Source of the DNA: an uncultured Dehalococcoidales bacterium
GTDB taxonomy: Bacteria > Chloroflexota > Dehalococcoidia > Dehalococcoidales > UBA2162
Reading direction: 5' to 3'
Length of the DNA stretch: 64,000 nt
Assembly (NCBI GenBank): GCA_964453525.1
Contig: CAYVOV010000011.1
Location: 36,633 to 100,632, forward strand
Shown here: positions 28,990-39,118 of the stretch, piece after piece
Layout of the letters: each line of letters begins with the position of its first letter
Numbering within the stretch: the stretch's first letter is position 1
Notes under the pieces: generated by a model
Databases searched by the model: none
Seen by the model: the letters and a program-made list of their open reading frames with translations, nothing else
Told to the model about the DNA's origin: nothing
Made by a program: the position numbers and the translations under genes

Positions 28990-30132
28990 TTAGTGCTTTT
29001 GAACAACCTTCTGGCAAACCTCAAAAACTCTCCTGGCTACGCTTTCCCAGCTACCATTCTTGGTAACATACATCCGACCACTTTTCCCCATTTTATCTCT
29101 GGACTCGGGGTTGCGAAGTAAACCAACAACGGCCTTGGCGATTTCCTGTGGATTTTCGGCCGGTACGCAAATTCCTGCATTTGATTCTTCCAAGAGCTCC
29201 TGCACTCCTGGTATATTACTGGCAACGACCGGTTTCCCGCAGGCTAAATATTCATACACCTTATTCGGAGAGAGGCCAGTCCTGCTGTTTCTTTCTGTTA
29301 TAAATGGGGCTACACACAAATCACTGGCATTGATGTATAGCGGAATACTGGTATAAGGTTTAGTTCCCGTAAAAATAAATCGGTCTGATACTCTGAGTTG
29401 CTCAGCAAGGGCTGTTAGCGATTCACGGTTATATCCATCCCCAACAATCAAGAAATAACTTTGTGAACATTCCTCAAGTATATACGGACTTGCTTTTATC
29501 AGGTATTCTACGCCCTGCCATTTGTATAGCACTCCTACAAAGCAAATATAGTTGTAGTTTTCATTTAGCTCTAGCTCTCTCCTTGCCTCGCTGGTATTCA
29601 TCGGTCTAAATAATTCGGTATTCGCTCCACATCCAATTGCAGAAATCTTTTCCGGATTAATATTGTATTCAGTTTCCAGCACTTCCTTGACTTTGGGAGG
29701 AACAACAACCAAATGGTCGGAATACTTGTATGTTTTTTCATTGAGTAAACCCTTTATATAACTAATGTACTTGCGTATTCCTGAAGGTTTTTTCTCCACC
29801 TCCCAACTGCTAATAAATAGCGTATTAATTTCTATTATTAACGGGAGCCTGAAAAGCTTTGACAAAAGAAAAGCTAAAATAGCCTGACTGTCTCTGGTGT
29901 ATATTAAATCAGGTCTTCTTTTCAGGATTAGAAATACAGCTTTAACAAGACCTTGCAGAACGCGCAGCGCTGCCGTCACAATAGGAATTTGTTCGGAAGC
30001 TATTGCGTCGTTTGCTTTGATTACGTGAATTTCGGCGAGTCTCGATAAATTACTGACTAATTCCTTGATATGCGTAGTATCGCCGCGCTGGATAGTCAGT
30101 GTGTAGGTAGGTAGAAAAACTAGGATTTTCAT
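28990..30132 (-). CDS. Glycosyltransferase family 4 (paralog of 16790-17917)
   Basis: The MKILVFLPTYTLTIQ start matches the paralog; SPNKVYEYLACGKPVVAS motif. Confidence 0.9.
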   Translation of the reverse strand: MKILVFLPTYTLTIQRGDTTHIKELVSNLSRLAEIHVIKANDAIASEQIPIVTAALRVLQGLVKAVFLILKRRPDLIYTRDSQAILAFLLSKLFRLPLIIEINTLFISSWEVEKKPSGIRKYISYIKGLLNEKTYKYSDHLVVVPPKVKEVLETEYNINPEKISAIGCGANTELFRPMNTSEARRELELNENYNYICFVGVLYKWQGVEYLIKASPYILEECSQSYFLIVGDGYNRESLTALAEQLRVSDRFIFTGTKPYTSIPLYINASDLCVAPFITERNSRTGLSPNKVYEYLACGKPVVASNIPGVQELLEESNAGICVPAENPQEIAKAVVGLLRNPESRDKMGKSGRMYVTKNGSWESVARRVFEVCQKVVQKH

Positions 30133-30479
30133 AATTGCAGAGGACTCCATATATCTCCCGTCGTTTTTTAACTTGACTAATAATGCCTCTCCAACCTATT
30201 TGCCATTTTTTGAAAAGCAAGAATTAGCTTCCTGTCATTTAATGTGTGGTGTTAATCCTTCGTGTGGATAATGACCATAATCCACAATCTTATCGCTGGT
30301 ATTCTGCCAGTCTAAAAAATCTGGTTCTGAACTCTTTAAAAATATAAAAATCTATACCACCGCTAGGCTACAAAAGTTACTCCTGTATGGCATCGTGTTC
30401 TAAGTGTGGTTATCTATATTTCCTTCAGGATACGAAAGAATTCCTTCTTTTAGTGTTCCTCTCGCCATAAGGCATCTGC

Positions 30480-31484
30480 TCATACAACGTATTTTCTCTT
30501 TACACCGTTATGAGAAATTATCTCATCCATATTTTCTTTAACCCACTTAATAGTTCTGGTCAGGCCTTCTTCCAGTTCCACTTCCGGAACGAATCCGAGT
30601 ATGTTCTTGGCCTTGGATGTGTTTGGTACCCTGATATCTATATCGGCAAAATCCAGGCTCTTAAAAGTTACCTTGGACTTGCTCTGGCACAGGTTAATTA
30701 TTTTTTCAGCCAACCCTTGAATGGTGATAGTGTTATGATGATTGCCTATGTTGAATGCCTGTCCGACAGCCCCAGGAGCTTCTATGGCTCGAATCACGCC
30801 GTCGCAAAAGTCATCTATATAGCACCAGGCTCTTATTTGCGTGCCATCACCATATACCTCTAAATCATCATTTCGTAGTGCCTTCAGTATAAATCGCAGT
30901 ACCACATGGTCACCTACTCTGTTGGGGCCAAATATGTTGAAAGGTCTAATCACCACAACGGGCAGGCCCTTCTGACGGAAATAGCTGAATGCCAGTTGCT
31001 CTGCTGCCAGTTTGCTGATGCAATAGCACCATCTTATATCCTGAACCGAAGAAAGAATGGAATCACCACTCTCTGTAATGTTAAAGGCGCGTACTCCAAA
31101 GACCTCACTGGTAGAAAAGACTATCACTCGCTCACAATTCTGGCTATTATCTGCTATTGATTTCAACACGTTTGACGTGCCGCGATAGTTTACCTCCAGT
31201 GTGTCCAGAGAATCGTTAATAACCTCCTGCACACCTACTTTGGCAGCCATATGTACTACTATTTGAGATTCCTCTGTTACCCGGGCGATTTTCTCTGTGT
31301 CTAATATGTCACCCTGGATTCGCTGAATATGCCCATTACTCTTCAGTTGCGAAAAGAAAAAAGCATTATTCTCAAAATCGTTATCAAACAGGACTACACG
31401 GTTATGTTTACTGAGCCGTTCCGCTAGGGCAACTCCGATAAAGCCACCACCACCGGTAAGGAGAATATTTTTCCCTTTTATCAT
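30480..31484 (-). CDS. NAD-dependent epimerase/dehydratase (UDP-glucuronate decarboxylase-like)
   Basis: TGGGGFIG, STSEVFG, WCYCISK and RPFNIFGP motifs. Confidence 0.88.
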   Translation of the reverse strand: MIKGKNILLTGGGGFIGVALAERLSKHNRVVLFDNDFENNAFFFSQLKSNGHIQRIQGDILDTEKIARVTEESQIVVHMAAKVGVQEVINDSLDTLEVNYRGTSNVLKSIADNSQNCERVIVFSTSEVFGVRAFNITESGDSILSSVQDIRWCYCISKLAAEQLAFSYFRQKGLPVVVIRPFNIFGPNRVGDHVVLRFILKALRNDDLEVYGDGTQIRAWCYIDDFCDGVIRAIEAPGAVGQAFNIGNHHNTITIQGLAEKIINLCQSKSKVTFKSLDFADIDIRVPNTSKAKNILGFVPEVELEEGLTRTIKWVKENMDEIISHNGVKRKYVV

Positions 31485-33367
31485 TTCCTGTACCTCCTGC
31501 CACTGAGCCCCGATTGAATCAGATGGTCTGTTTCCATCGCAGAAAGCTCGTTGATATTATTTGATACAAAACCACCGTCATTTATACCGTCGGGACCATA
31601 TACTCCTTCATGAGTTACTAAGACTACCCATAATGTCCTGAGGATGATTATCAAATCCTGCCAGAGAGACAAGTTATTAACATACTGTACATCTAATTTT
31701 ATACGTTCTTCCCAGGGGAGCAGGTTACGTCCTTTTACGACTGATAGGCCCGTGACTCCAGGCTTTGCCCGGAATCTCTGCCGATAGAAATCATCATACT
31801 GCTTCACCGGGTAACACAAAGCTGGACGAGGGCCAACTATGCTCATTTCTCCTCTCAGGACGTTTATTATCTGGGGGAGTTCATCAATCCCCCACCTGCG
31901 GAGTATTTTACCCACACGGGTGATACGGAAGTCATCTTTGGCTGCAACGAGACCTAGACCCTGGTTCGTTGCGTTTTCCACCATAGTTCGGAATTTCCAT
32001 ATACGAAATGGCTTTTCCCATTTGCCTATCCGTTCTTGGCGGAAGAAAACCGTGCCCGGTGAATCCGATTTTATGAGAATTGCGATGACCAGGAAAGGAA
32101 TGCATAATAATGCCAAAGCAATGGAGCTGATGCTGATATCCATGACCCGCTTTAACCAGAGCTGAATCCGCCTTTGCCCCATTCTCTTTCCCCGTATGGT
32201 CTGATGGCTAAGCTTCTTCTGAGTGAGTTCAGAATAAGCAGCTACCTGCCTGTCAAGAACGATACTCTCATCGAAGTATTTGCAGGCTCGTCGTCTACCC
32301 TCAACTCCCATTCGATGAGCCAGTTCCGGGTTTTCAAGGAGAGAAATGATAGCTTCCGCAAGTGCCTTAGAATCTCCAACTGAGACCAGCAAACCGGTCG
32401 AGCCAGGAACTACCTCCTCGCGGCAACCGCGGATGTTCGTAGCTATCACTGGCTTGCCACTCGCCATGGCTTCAATGATCGAGCGAGGCATTCCTTCCCG
32501 ATGAGAGGGAAGCACGACAAGGTCGATAGCCGCCAGTACCCTGGGTATATCTTCTACCAGGCCAGTGAACAGAACGCGAGAAGCCAGCCCATCTTGAGCT
32601 GCTAGCCGGACAATAGCCTGCTTTGCCTTTCTATCACGGTCGCTGCTCAAAGCATCGCCTACTATGAGGAGCTTAGCGTCAGGAATAGCTTTGGCTACCA
32701 GTTTCATTGCTTCAATGAGTTCCAAGACTCCCTTTTCTCTAATAAGACGCCCCACGAAACCCACCACCTTATCTTCTGTACGTAACCCAAAACTCTCTCT
32801 AGTTCCATCGTGGCCAGGCTCGAAGGTAAAACGTGCCGTATCCACACCGTTGCCTATCCACAATACCTTGTCCTGAGAGCAGATAGATTCCTTCACAGCT
32901 GTGACAGCATCTTCCTGACTTTGAGTAAAAACAAGGTCAGTGACACTACATAGAAGCTTTTCCATCCAGATTATGAATCGCCTCAACCATCGAGGCATGT
33001 TCCCGTGAAAATAGAAGCCGTGGGCGGTATAGATAATTAGGGGCATCCGGGCAGCCCACGCTGCTATCCGCCCCAAAGCAGCCGCCACCGGCGTATGCAC
33101 ATGTATGATATCAAATTGCTCCTTTTTCATAAGACGGTAAAGGTGCCAGAGTGATCTGAAGTTAGAAACAGGATTAATGCGTCGCTCAATGGTGATGGTG
33201 TGCACAATGTATCCTCTATCCTGAAGTTCAGCCACGTACTGCCCATTGGAGCAAGCGATATGTACCTGATAGCCTTCTACCAGAAGCCGATCGACTAGTG
33301 GAAGTAAAAACCACTTCACGGTTTCATCAATCGCTGCTACTTGTAAAACCTTGAAAGACTGACTCAT
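31481..33367 (-). CDS. GT4 glycosyltransferase fused to a monotopic phosphoglycosyl (initiating sugar) transferase
   Basis: GT4 motif REGMPRSIIEAMASG followed by KRVMDI, KFRTM, DELPQ and GEMSIVGPRP. The ATG at 33367 overlaps the upstream stop (ATGA). Confidence 0.88.
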   Translation of the reverse strand: MSQSFKVLQVAAIDETVKWFLLPLVDRLLVEGYQVHIACSNGQYVAELQDRGYIVHTITIERRINPVSNFRSLWHLYRLMKKEQFDIIHVHTPVAAALGRIAAWAARMPLIIYTAHGFYFHGNMPRWLRRFIIWMEKLLCSVTDLVFTQSQEDAVTAVKESICSQDKVLWIGNGVDTARFTFEPGHDGTRESFGLRTEDKVVGFVGRLIREKGVLELIEAMKLVAKAIPDAKLLIVGDALSSDRDRKAKQAIVRLAAQDGLASRVLFTGLVEDIPRVLAAIDLVVLPSHREGMPRSIIEAMASGKPVIATNIRGCREEVVPGSTGLLVSVGDSKALAEAIISLLENPELAHRMGVEGRRRACKYFDESIVLDRQVAAYSELTQKKLSHQTIRGKRMGQRRIQLWLKRVMDISISSIALALLCIPFLVIAILIKSDSPGTVFFRQERIGKWEKPFRIWKFRTMVENATNQGLGLVAAKDDFRITRVGKILRRWGIDELPQIINVLRGEMSIVGPRPALCYPVKQYDDFYRQRFRAKPGVTGLSVVKGRNLLPWEERIKLDVQYVNNLSLWQDLIIILRTLWVVLVTHEGVYGPDGINDGGFVSNNINELSAMETDHLIQSGLSGRRYRK

Positions 33368-34308
33368 TGAAGGTCTCCTTTGTGGTTTGAGTACCATTCC
33401 ACAGTACGCTCCAATCCGACTGAAAAAGTGGTATTGGGCTGGTATCCTAAAATCGTCTCAGCCTTAGTGATATCGGCCAGGCTGTGGCGTACATCCCCGG
33501 GTCGAGGCTGCCGATGGACAGGCTTAGTCGTTATATTCAATAGTACTGCTAAGTAGTCAGCCAGTTGCGCCACTGTAGTGCGCTGACCGCAAGCTACATT
33601 GAAAGCTTCCCCAAAGCCGGCTCCCGCTTTCATGGCTAGCAGATTAGCTTCGACAATGTTGTCGACATAATTGAAGTCCCGGGACTGGTTGCCGTCACCG
33701 TAGACTACAGGCGGCTCGCCCCGGAGAAGGGCGCTAATAAATACAGGGATGACGGCAGCATAAGGCGAATCCTGAACCTGCCGTGGGCCGAAGACGTTAA
33801 AATAGCGGAGTATAAAGGTTTGCAGGCCGAAAAGCTGGTAAAAGGTGCGGCAATACAGTTCACCAGTCAATTTGGTGATAGCATAGGGTGAAGCTGGCAT
33901 AGGGGTTTGAGACTCGTGTTTGGGCAGCGCCGGGGCATTACCATACACAGAAGAAGAGGAGGCATAGACCACACGCTTTACCCTTTCATCCCGGGCTGCC
34001 AGTAATACATTCAGAGTACCCCCTATGTTTACGGAGTTTGTGTTCTGAGGCTCTTCCACCGACCGCGCTACAGAGCACAGTGCCGCCTGATGGAACACTA
34101 TGTCTACTCCCCGCACTGACTTGCACATCACCTGGTAATCGCGCACATCCCCTTCAACAAGCTCGATACAGGAAGCAATCGCTGCTAGGTTGTCGCGGCG
34201 GCCGGTGCTGAAGTCATCAAGGACTCGCACCTCAATGCCCTCTTGTACAAGTCGTTCCGCCAGATGCGATCCAATGAAACCAGCCCCGCCAGTCACCAAA
34301 GCCTTCAC
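33364..34308 (-). CDS. UDP-HexNAc 4-epimerase-like SDR (WbpP-like)
   Basis: TGGAGFIGSH, ASSSSVYG, SPYAITK and RYFNVFGPRQ motifs. Confidence 0.9.
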   Translation of the reverse strand: MKALVTGGAGFIGSHLAERLVQEGIEVRVLDDFSTGRRDNLAAIASCIELVEGDVRDYQVMCKSVRGVDIVFHQAALCSVARSVEEPQNTNSVNIGGTLNVLLAARDERVKRVVYASSSSVYGNAPALPKHESQTPMPASPYAITKLTGELYCRTFYQLFGLQTFILRYFNVFGPRQVQDSPYAAVIPVFISALLRGEPPVVYGDGNQSRDFNYVDNIVEANLLAMKAGAGFGEAFNVACGQRTTVAQLADYLAVLLNITTKPVHRQPRPGDVRHSLADITKAETILGYQPNTTFSVGLERTVEWYSNHKGDLQ

Positions 34309-34345
34309 TTTTTTCTCCAGTTCGTCAATAGTCTTCTATGTAGCT

Positions 34346-35623
34346 TCACAGAACGTGAATGTGAGAATTACGCTGCTGAAGATGACAGGTAGCATTCCTC
34401 GTATCAAAAAGCAGACGGGAATGCTCCGCAATAAGTTGGTAATCAAAGCACGAATGGTTGGTAGTGATGATAACGCAGTCTTGTTCTGATAACAGGCTGC
34501 TGTCTAACTCGCATGACTTTAACTTTTTCCCGTTGTATTCCACATAAGGCACATAGGGGTCATGATAGGTGACAACAGCTTGCTTCTGCCTGAGGAGGTC
34601 CAGGATTGGCAGTGCCGGTGATTCTCTGATATCACTCACATCCGCTTTATAGGTTACCCCGAGTAAAAGTAATCGAGAGCCACATAGAGGCTTGCCTCTT
34701 TCGTTAAGCAGGTCGGCCACGCGGCTAACGATATATTGTGGCATTTCGTTATTGATTTGAACTGCGTGGTCAATGAATCCGGTGTCAATCCCGTCAATCT
34801 TTGCCCGCCAGGAAAGGTATATCGGATCCACCGGGATACAATGCCCTCCCCAACCGGGTCCGGGATAAAAGGGCGTAAATCCGAACGGCTTGGTGGCGGC
34901 AGCCTCAATCACCTGCCATATATCAATACCCACTTGATGGGCAATCATCGCCAGTTCATGTATCAGCCCGATGTTCACCGCCCTAAATGTGTTCTCCAAA
35001 AGCTTGACCATTTCAGCTTCTTTTGCTGAAGTCACCGGTACCATCGTGTTGAAGACACGTTGATAAAGCTCGACAGCTCGGAGGGTGGATTCCTTATTGA
35101 TGCCGCCTATCACCTTAGGGATGTCTTTGAGCTCCATACTATGTCTGCCCGGGTCTATACGCTCCGGGGAAAAAGCTAGGTAGAAATCTCTACCGGCTTT
35201 CAGACCGCTCTTTTTCAGTATCGGAGCAACCAGACTCTCGGTAGCCCCGGGATAGACTGTGCTTTCCAGGATTACGACCTGCCCGTGCTGCAGAACATGA
35301 CTGATCTTTTCAGCGGCGGTGATAACATAAGATACATCAGGTTCCTTTGTCTTACGAAGCGGTGTCGGGACGCAGATAATAATTCCTTCAGTCTCTTGCA
35401 ACACAGAGAATTCCGCCGAAGGGCAGAGGCGACCATTACTCACGAATTTCTGGACGTCCTGACTGGCCACATCTTCAATATATGAATTTCCCTGGCGAAG
35501 GATTGCAAGCCGTTTTTTGTCAATATCCACGCCAAACACCTTGAATCCTGAACGGCAGAACTCTATTGCCAGCGGCAGCCCAACATAGCCTAGACCGATG
35601 ACACTTACACTATTTTTTTTCAT
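34346..35623 (-). CDS. Nucleotide-sugar 6-dehydrogenase (WbpA/WbpO/WecC family)
   Basis: GLGYVG, CVPTP, FSPERIDPG, KLLEN and GGHCIPVDP motifs. Confidence 0.93.
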   Translation of the reverse strand: MKKNSVSVIGLGYVGLPLAIEFCRSGFKVFGVDIDKKRLAILRQGNSYIEDVASQDVQKFVSNGRLCPSAEFSVLQETEGIIICVPTPLRKTKEPDVSYVITAAEKISHVLQHGQVVILESTVYPGATESLVAPILKKSGLKAGRDFYLAFSPERIDPGRHSMELKDIPKVIGGINKESTLRAVELYQRVFNTMVPVTSAKEAEMVKLLENTFRAVNIGLIHELAMIAHQVGIDIWQVIEAAATKPFGFTPFYPGPGWGGHCIPVDPIYLSWRAKIDGIDTGFIDHAVQINNEMPQYIVSRVADLLNERGKPLCGSRLLLLGVTYKADVSDIRESPALPILDLLRQKQAVVTYHDPYVPYVEYNGKKLKSCELDSSLLSEQDCVIITTNHSCFDYQLIAEHSRLLFDTRNATCHLQQRNSHIHVL

Positions 35624-35777
35624 GAGACTGACACCTCCTGTTGTTATCGAAGTTGGAGAAGCATTGTAGGTAGCCCTCTTGAAGTCAAGTTATCTAATAA
35701 AGCCCTTCTCCATAATGGTAGAACTCGGTAAAAATGTTGCCAGACCCGAAGAAGTCTCTCAGGGTTATCGGCACGGC

Positions 35778-37115
35778 CTAAATAGCAGAGGTCTGGAATT
35801 TCTCAGGAACTTCCTGTCGCCCGCGGGCAACAGAAGGAGCGTAGGCCAAAAGAATGAAGAAGAACGGTAACATCATGGTTCGCCACCGAATGAGGGTACC
35901 GAAGTTTTGTACAGAACTGTAGGCGACAATGAAAGCGATGACGTAGATCAGGATGAACCGCACATAAGCATTGGAAATCGAAGATGCTAGTGCCTTACCC
36001 AGGCTCTTAATCCTCCACAGGGCAAGACTAGCAAAAATCAACCCCTCTAAACTCTGAGCCAGGGCTAGTAAATTGTGGGCTTCCAAGGGAAAAGGTCTGA
36101 AGAGAATAGTAACCATAGCTAAAGGAAAGTTCAAGGGATTCGAGATATCTACGCTTTGAAATGCTGACCCACCTGCAAGAGTCAGGCTTTGCTGTTGCTG
36201 AAGAAGGCTGAGTACTCCTTCCACAGATAATTCCTCTATCATCAGGAAAGGCAAAAGTCGGGGTAGCATAAACCAGATAAATCCCCCAACCGCCAGAAGC
36301 GTTATTACGGGCACGGCAGGGCGAACGGTTCCTTTACCCCGCCCTGGAATAAGGAAACCTATGACAAGGGCGAGGGCTAGTATTAGAGCGATATGGGGAC
36401 GAATCCACATTACTCCTAAAAGCCCCAGAGCCAAAGACAAAAAGCCCGATAATTGACTCCGGTAGAGTTTGGCACTCCCGTATGCAGAAAGACCTATAAA
36501 GAGGAAAATGAGAGCGTCTTTTCCGATGCCATTTGCCCATAAGATGAGAGATGGGAAAAAAAACACCAGGATAGCATAAAGCTGGCTGTTCCCTTGAGGT
36601 AAGGCTACCCGGAACGCTCTATAGAAAAAATAACTACCCAGGAAGGCGAGAAAAGCATATATGAGATAGCCACCATAAAGAGTTGAGCCTGTCATGGAGT
36701 ATATAATCCCGGTGGAGAGGTCGATGGAGGGAGTACCCCATTGCACAAAGGGAATTACCTGGTCAAACTGCAATCGCCAGATATATTGGGCAATTTCGGC
36801 GCCTCTACTATGGTATCTAGTTGCGTCTACCCTTCCACCGTATACGACGAGGCCGATCCAAAGTAGAAATATAGAGAATCCCAGCTTTAACATCAGACCG
36901 GTGGTAAGGATACGAGAAAGAGGTCTCCAGTCATCAAGCCGGGACATGCGGGGTAATAGAAAGAAAGCCGCAATGCCAATGACCAGAATTGACAGTAACA
37001 GCCCCTGCAACTCATTATTACCCTCCGCCATAAACAAGCCTATAACTGCAGCCAGGGCGGCAAAGAGAATAAAAAAGAAGACCAACTGAAGCCGTAGCGC
37101 TGTTGCGTTAAACAC
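35778..37115 (-). CDS. Wzy-like polysaccharide polymerase
   Basis: Multi-TM protein within the glycan operon, with GKDAL and RWRTMMLP features. Confidence 0.65.
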   Translation of the reverse strand: MFNATALRLQLVFFFILFAALAAVIGLFMAEGNNELQGLLLSILVIGIAAFFLLPRMSRLDDWRPLSRILTTGLMLKLGFSIFLLWIGLVVYGGRVDATRYHSRGAEIAQYIWRLQFDQVIPFVQWGTPSIDLSTGIIYSMTGSTLYGGYLIYAFLAFLGSYFFYRAFRVALPQGNSQLYAILVFFFPSLILWANGIGKDALIFLFIGLSAYGSAKLYRSQLSGFLSLALGLLGVMWIRPHIALILALALVIGFLIPGRGKGTVRPAVPVITLLAVGGFIWFMLPRLLPFLMIEELSVEGVLSLLQQQQSLTLAGGSAFQSVDISNPLNFPLAMVTILFRPFPLEAHNLLALAQSLEGLIFASLALWRIKSLGKALASSISNAYVRFILIYVIAFIVAYSSVQNFGTLIRWRTMMLPFFFILLAYAPSVARGRQEVPEKFQTSAI

Positions 37116-37154
37116 GGTCGATTGCTTTAATGATTGGTTATAAATGTTAATAGC

Positions 37155-39089
37155 TTATGTCCTTGGATTATTAGTTACGGACTGGTTTTGAATTGTATCG
37201 TTTTGATTATCAAGGAACCGCTGACACCACAGCTCAAAAACGGTCAGGAGCCAGAGGTGCCAGTGATAATAGCCCCTTCCTTCAATATGCCAGTTATAAA
37301 GTTTCTGGATGTAGTCATGGTCAAACAAGCCGCGGGAGCGAGCCCGTGAATCGAAGAGAACATCCTTTACAAAACCGTTCAGCTTATTTCGGAACCAGGG
37401 ATCTACCGGGGGAGTAAAGCCATGTTTACGTTTCCGCAGAGTCTGGGGAGGGAGACAGGAGAGAAAAGCTTTCTTAAGGATAGATTTTGTGGAAAGACCT
37501 CTGACCTTGTATTTGGCCGGGATTGTTGCCGCAAATTCCACAAGTTCATGGTCTAAAAAAGGAACGCGCACTTCTAATCCTACTGCCATACTTGCCTTGT
37601 CTACCTTCTCCAGAAACGTATCTGGCAGCAAGGTCTGCTGGTCAGTGTAAAGCATGCGATCTACTCCATGAGCACCATTTCCTGTGTAAAGGCGGTGATA
37701 GATATCCAGAGGATCAAAATCCGGCAGTTCCATGGGCTGTCCGCCGAACAGCTCAGCTCTCATCTCCTTGTTAAATACTGATAACCAGTTTGCATAACGT
37801 TCAGCACCATCACGAACCCGCAGGTCTTCCGCCATTTTGTACCATCGGTTTAACCTGGGAATATTGAAGAAAAAGTTGCGCATCATCCTGTTGCTTAGCA
37901 AACCAACCAGCGCCGGATAACGCGCTATCAAGTTTTCTACGACATATCTCCGATAGCCTCCGAAGGTCTCATCACCGCCTTCTCCACTCAAGCTAACTGT
38001 GACGTGCTCTTTGGTGAATCTGGACAGTAAATAGGTGGGGAAGTTGGCAGCATCTCCAAAAGGTTCATCATAGTGATAGACCAGAGTTGTCAGAGCTTGA
38101 GTCAAATCGTTTTCATCAAGCAATATTTCATGATGTTCAGTATCGAAGTGACGGGCAACTATCCGAGCATCATCAAGTTCGTTATAAGCCGCACCTCCAG
38201 TGGTAAATCCTATAGAAAAAGTCTTGACCGGAGACTGGTCTATAGAGCTCATCAAGCTAGTGACAATACTGGAATCGATACCACCGCTCAGGAATACTCC
38301 TAAGGGAACATCAGAAATGAGCCGTTTACGGACAGACTCCCTGAGCAAATGATAAATCCCTTCAGTATAATACTTCTTACCGGCGTCTTTGCTCTGCCCC
38401 GGGATCGGGGGTGCCCAGTACCGTCGAATCTTGAGCTGAAGCTTTGATTCGCCTTCCGGGAGACACATCATGTAATGACCGGGAAGAAGCTTGTGAATGT
38501 TCTTAAAGATGGTGCGAGGCGCCATGGAATGTCCAAAGGTGAAATAATTGATGATTCCTTCCTGACTAAGCTCCCTGGGTACTTTGTGGTCTTGAAGAAT
38601 AGCCTTAATTTCAGAAGCAAAGATAATTCTGGCACCATCATAATAATAATAAAGTGGCTTTATTCCTAACCGGTCGCGGGCAAGGAAAAGTTTCTGTTCC
38701 TCTTCGTCCCAGATAGCCAGGGCAAACATTCCGTTAAAACGGCTTAGACAATCTGGACCCCACTTATGGTAGGCGTTAAGCACAACCTCTGTATCAGTAT
38801 TGCTTCTGAAACGGTAACCATACTTCTCAAGCTCGGCTCTGAGTTCCCTGTAATTATAGACCTCGCCGTTGTAGGTAATCCATGATTTGCCAGAGTCTGT
38901 TGACATGGGCATATGGCCGGCTGGACTAAGGTCAATAATGGACAGGCGTCGGTTGCCTAAGCCAATTGAAGACCCGAGGTATACTCCCTGGTCGTCCGGC
39001 CCCCTATGGCTAATAGAGGCGCACATCTCTTCGAGCAGGGAACGTTCCACTCTTTCCGTTATATCAAACTTGCCGCAGATACCGCACAT
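37155..39089 (-). CDS. asnB: Asparagine synthase (glutamine-hydrolysing) family amidotransferase
   Basis: MCGICG, HRGPDD, RRLSIIDLS, YNGEVYN, LSGGIDSS and SGEGGDE motifs. Confidence 0.93.
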   Translation of the reverse strand: MCGICGKFDITERVERSLLEEMCASISHRGPDDQGVYLGSSIGLGNRRLSIIDLSPAGHMPMSTDSGKSWITYNGEVYNYRELRAELEKYGYRFRSNTDTEVVLNAYHKWGPDCLSRFNGMFALAIWDEEEQKLFLARDRLGIKPLYYYYDGARIIFASEIKAILQDHKVPRELSQEGIINYFTFGHSMAPRTIFKNIHKLLPGHYMMCLPEGESKLQLKIRRYWAPPIPGQSKDAGKKYYTEGIYHLLRESVRKRLISDVPLGVFLSGGIDSSIVTSLMSSIDQSPVKTFSIGFTTGGAAYNELDDARIVARHFDTEHHEILLDENDLTQALTTLVYHYDEPFGDAANFPTYLLSRFTKEHVTVSLSGEGGDETFGGYRRYVVENLIARYPALVGLLSNRMMRNFFFNIPRLNRWYKMAEDLRVRDGAERYANWLSVFNKEMRAELFGGQPMELPDFDPLDIYHRLYTGNGAHGVDRMLYTDQQTLLPDTFLEKVDKASMAVGLEVRVPFLDHELVEFAATIPAKYKVRGLSTKSILKKAFLSCLPPQTLRKRKHGFTPPVDPWFRNKLNGFVKDVLFDSRARSRGLFDHDYIQKLYNWHIEGRGYYHWHLWLLTVFELWCQRFLDNQNDTIQNQSVTNNPRT

Positions 39090-39118
39090 TTTCCTTTTCC
39101 TTATATCTCTGTATTAAT

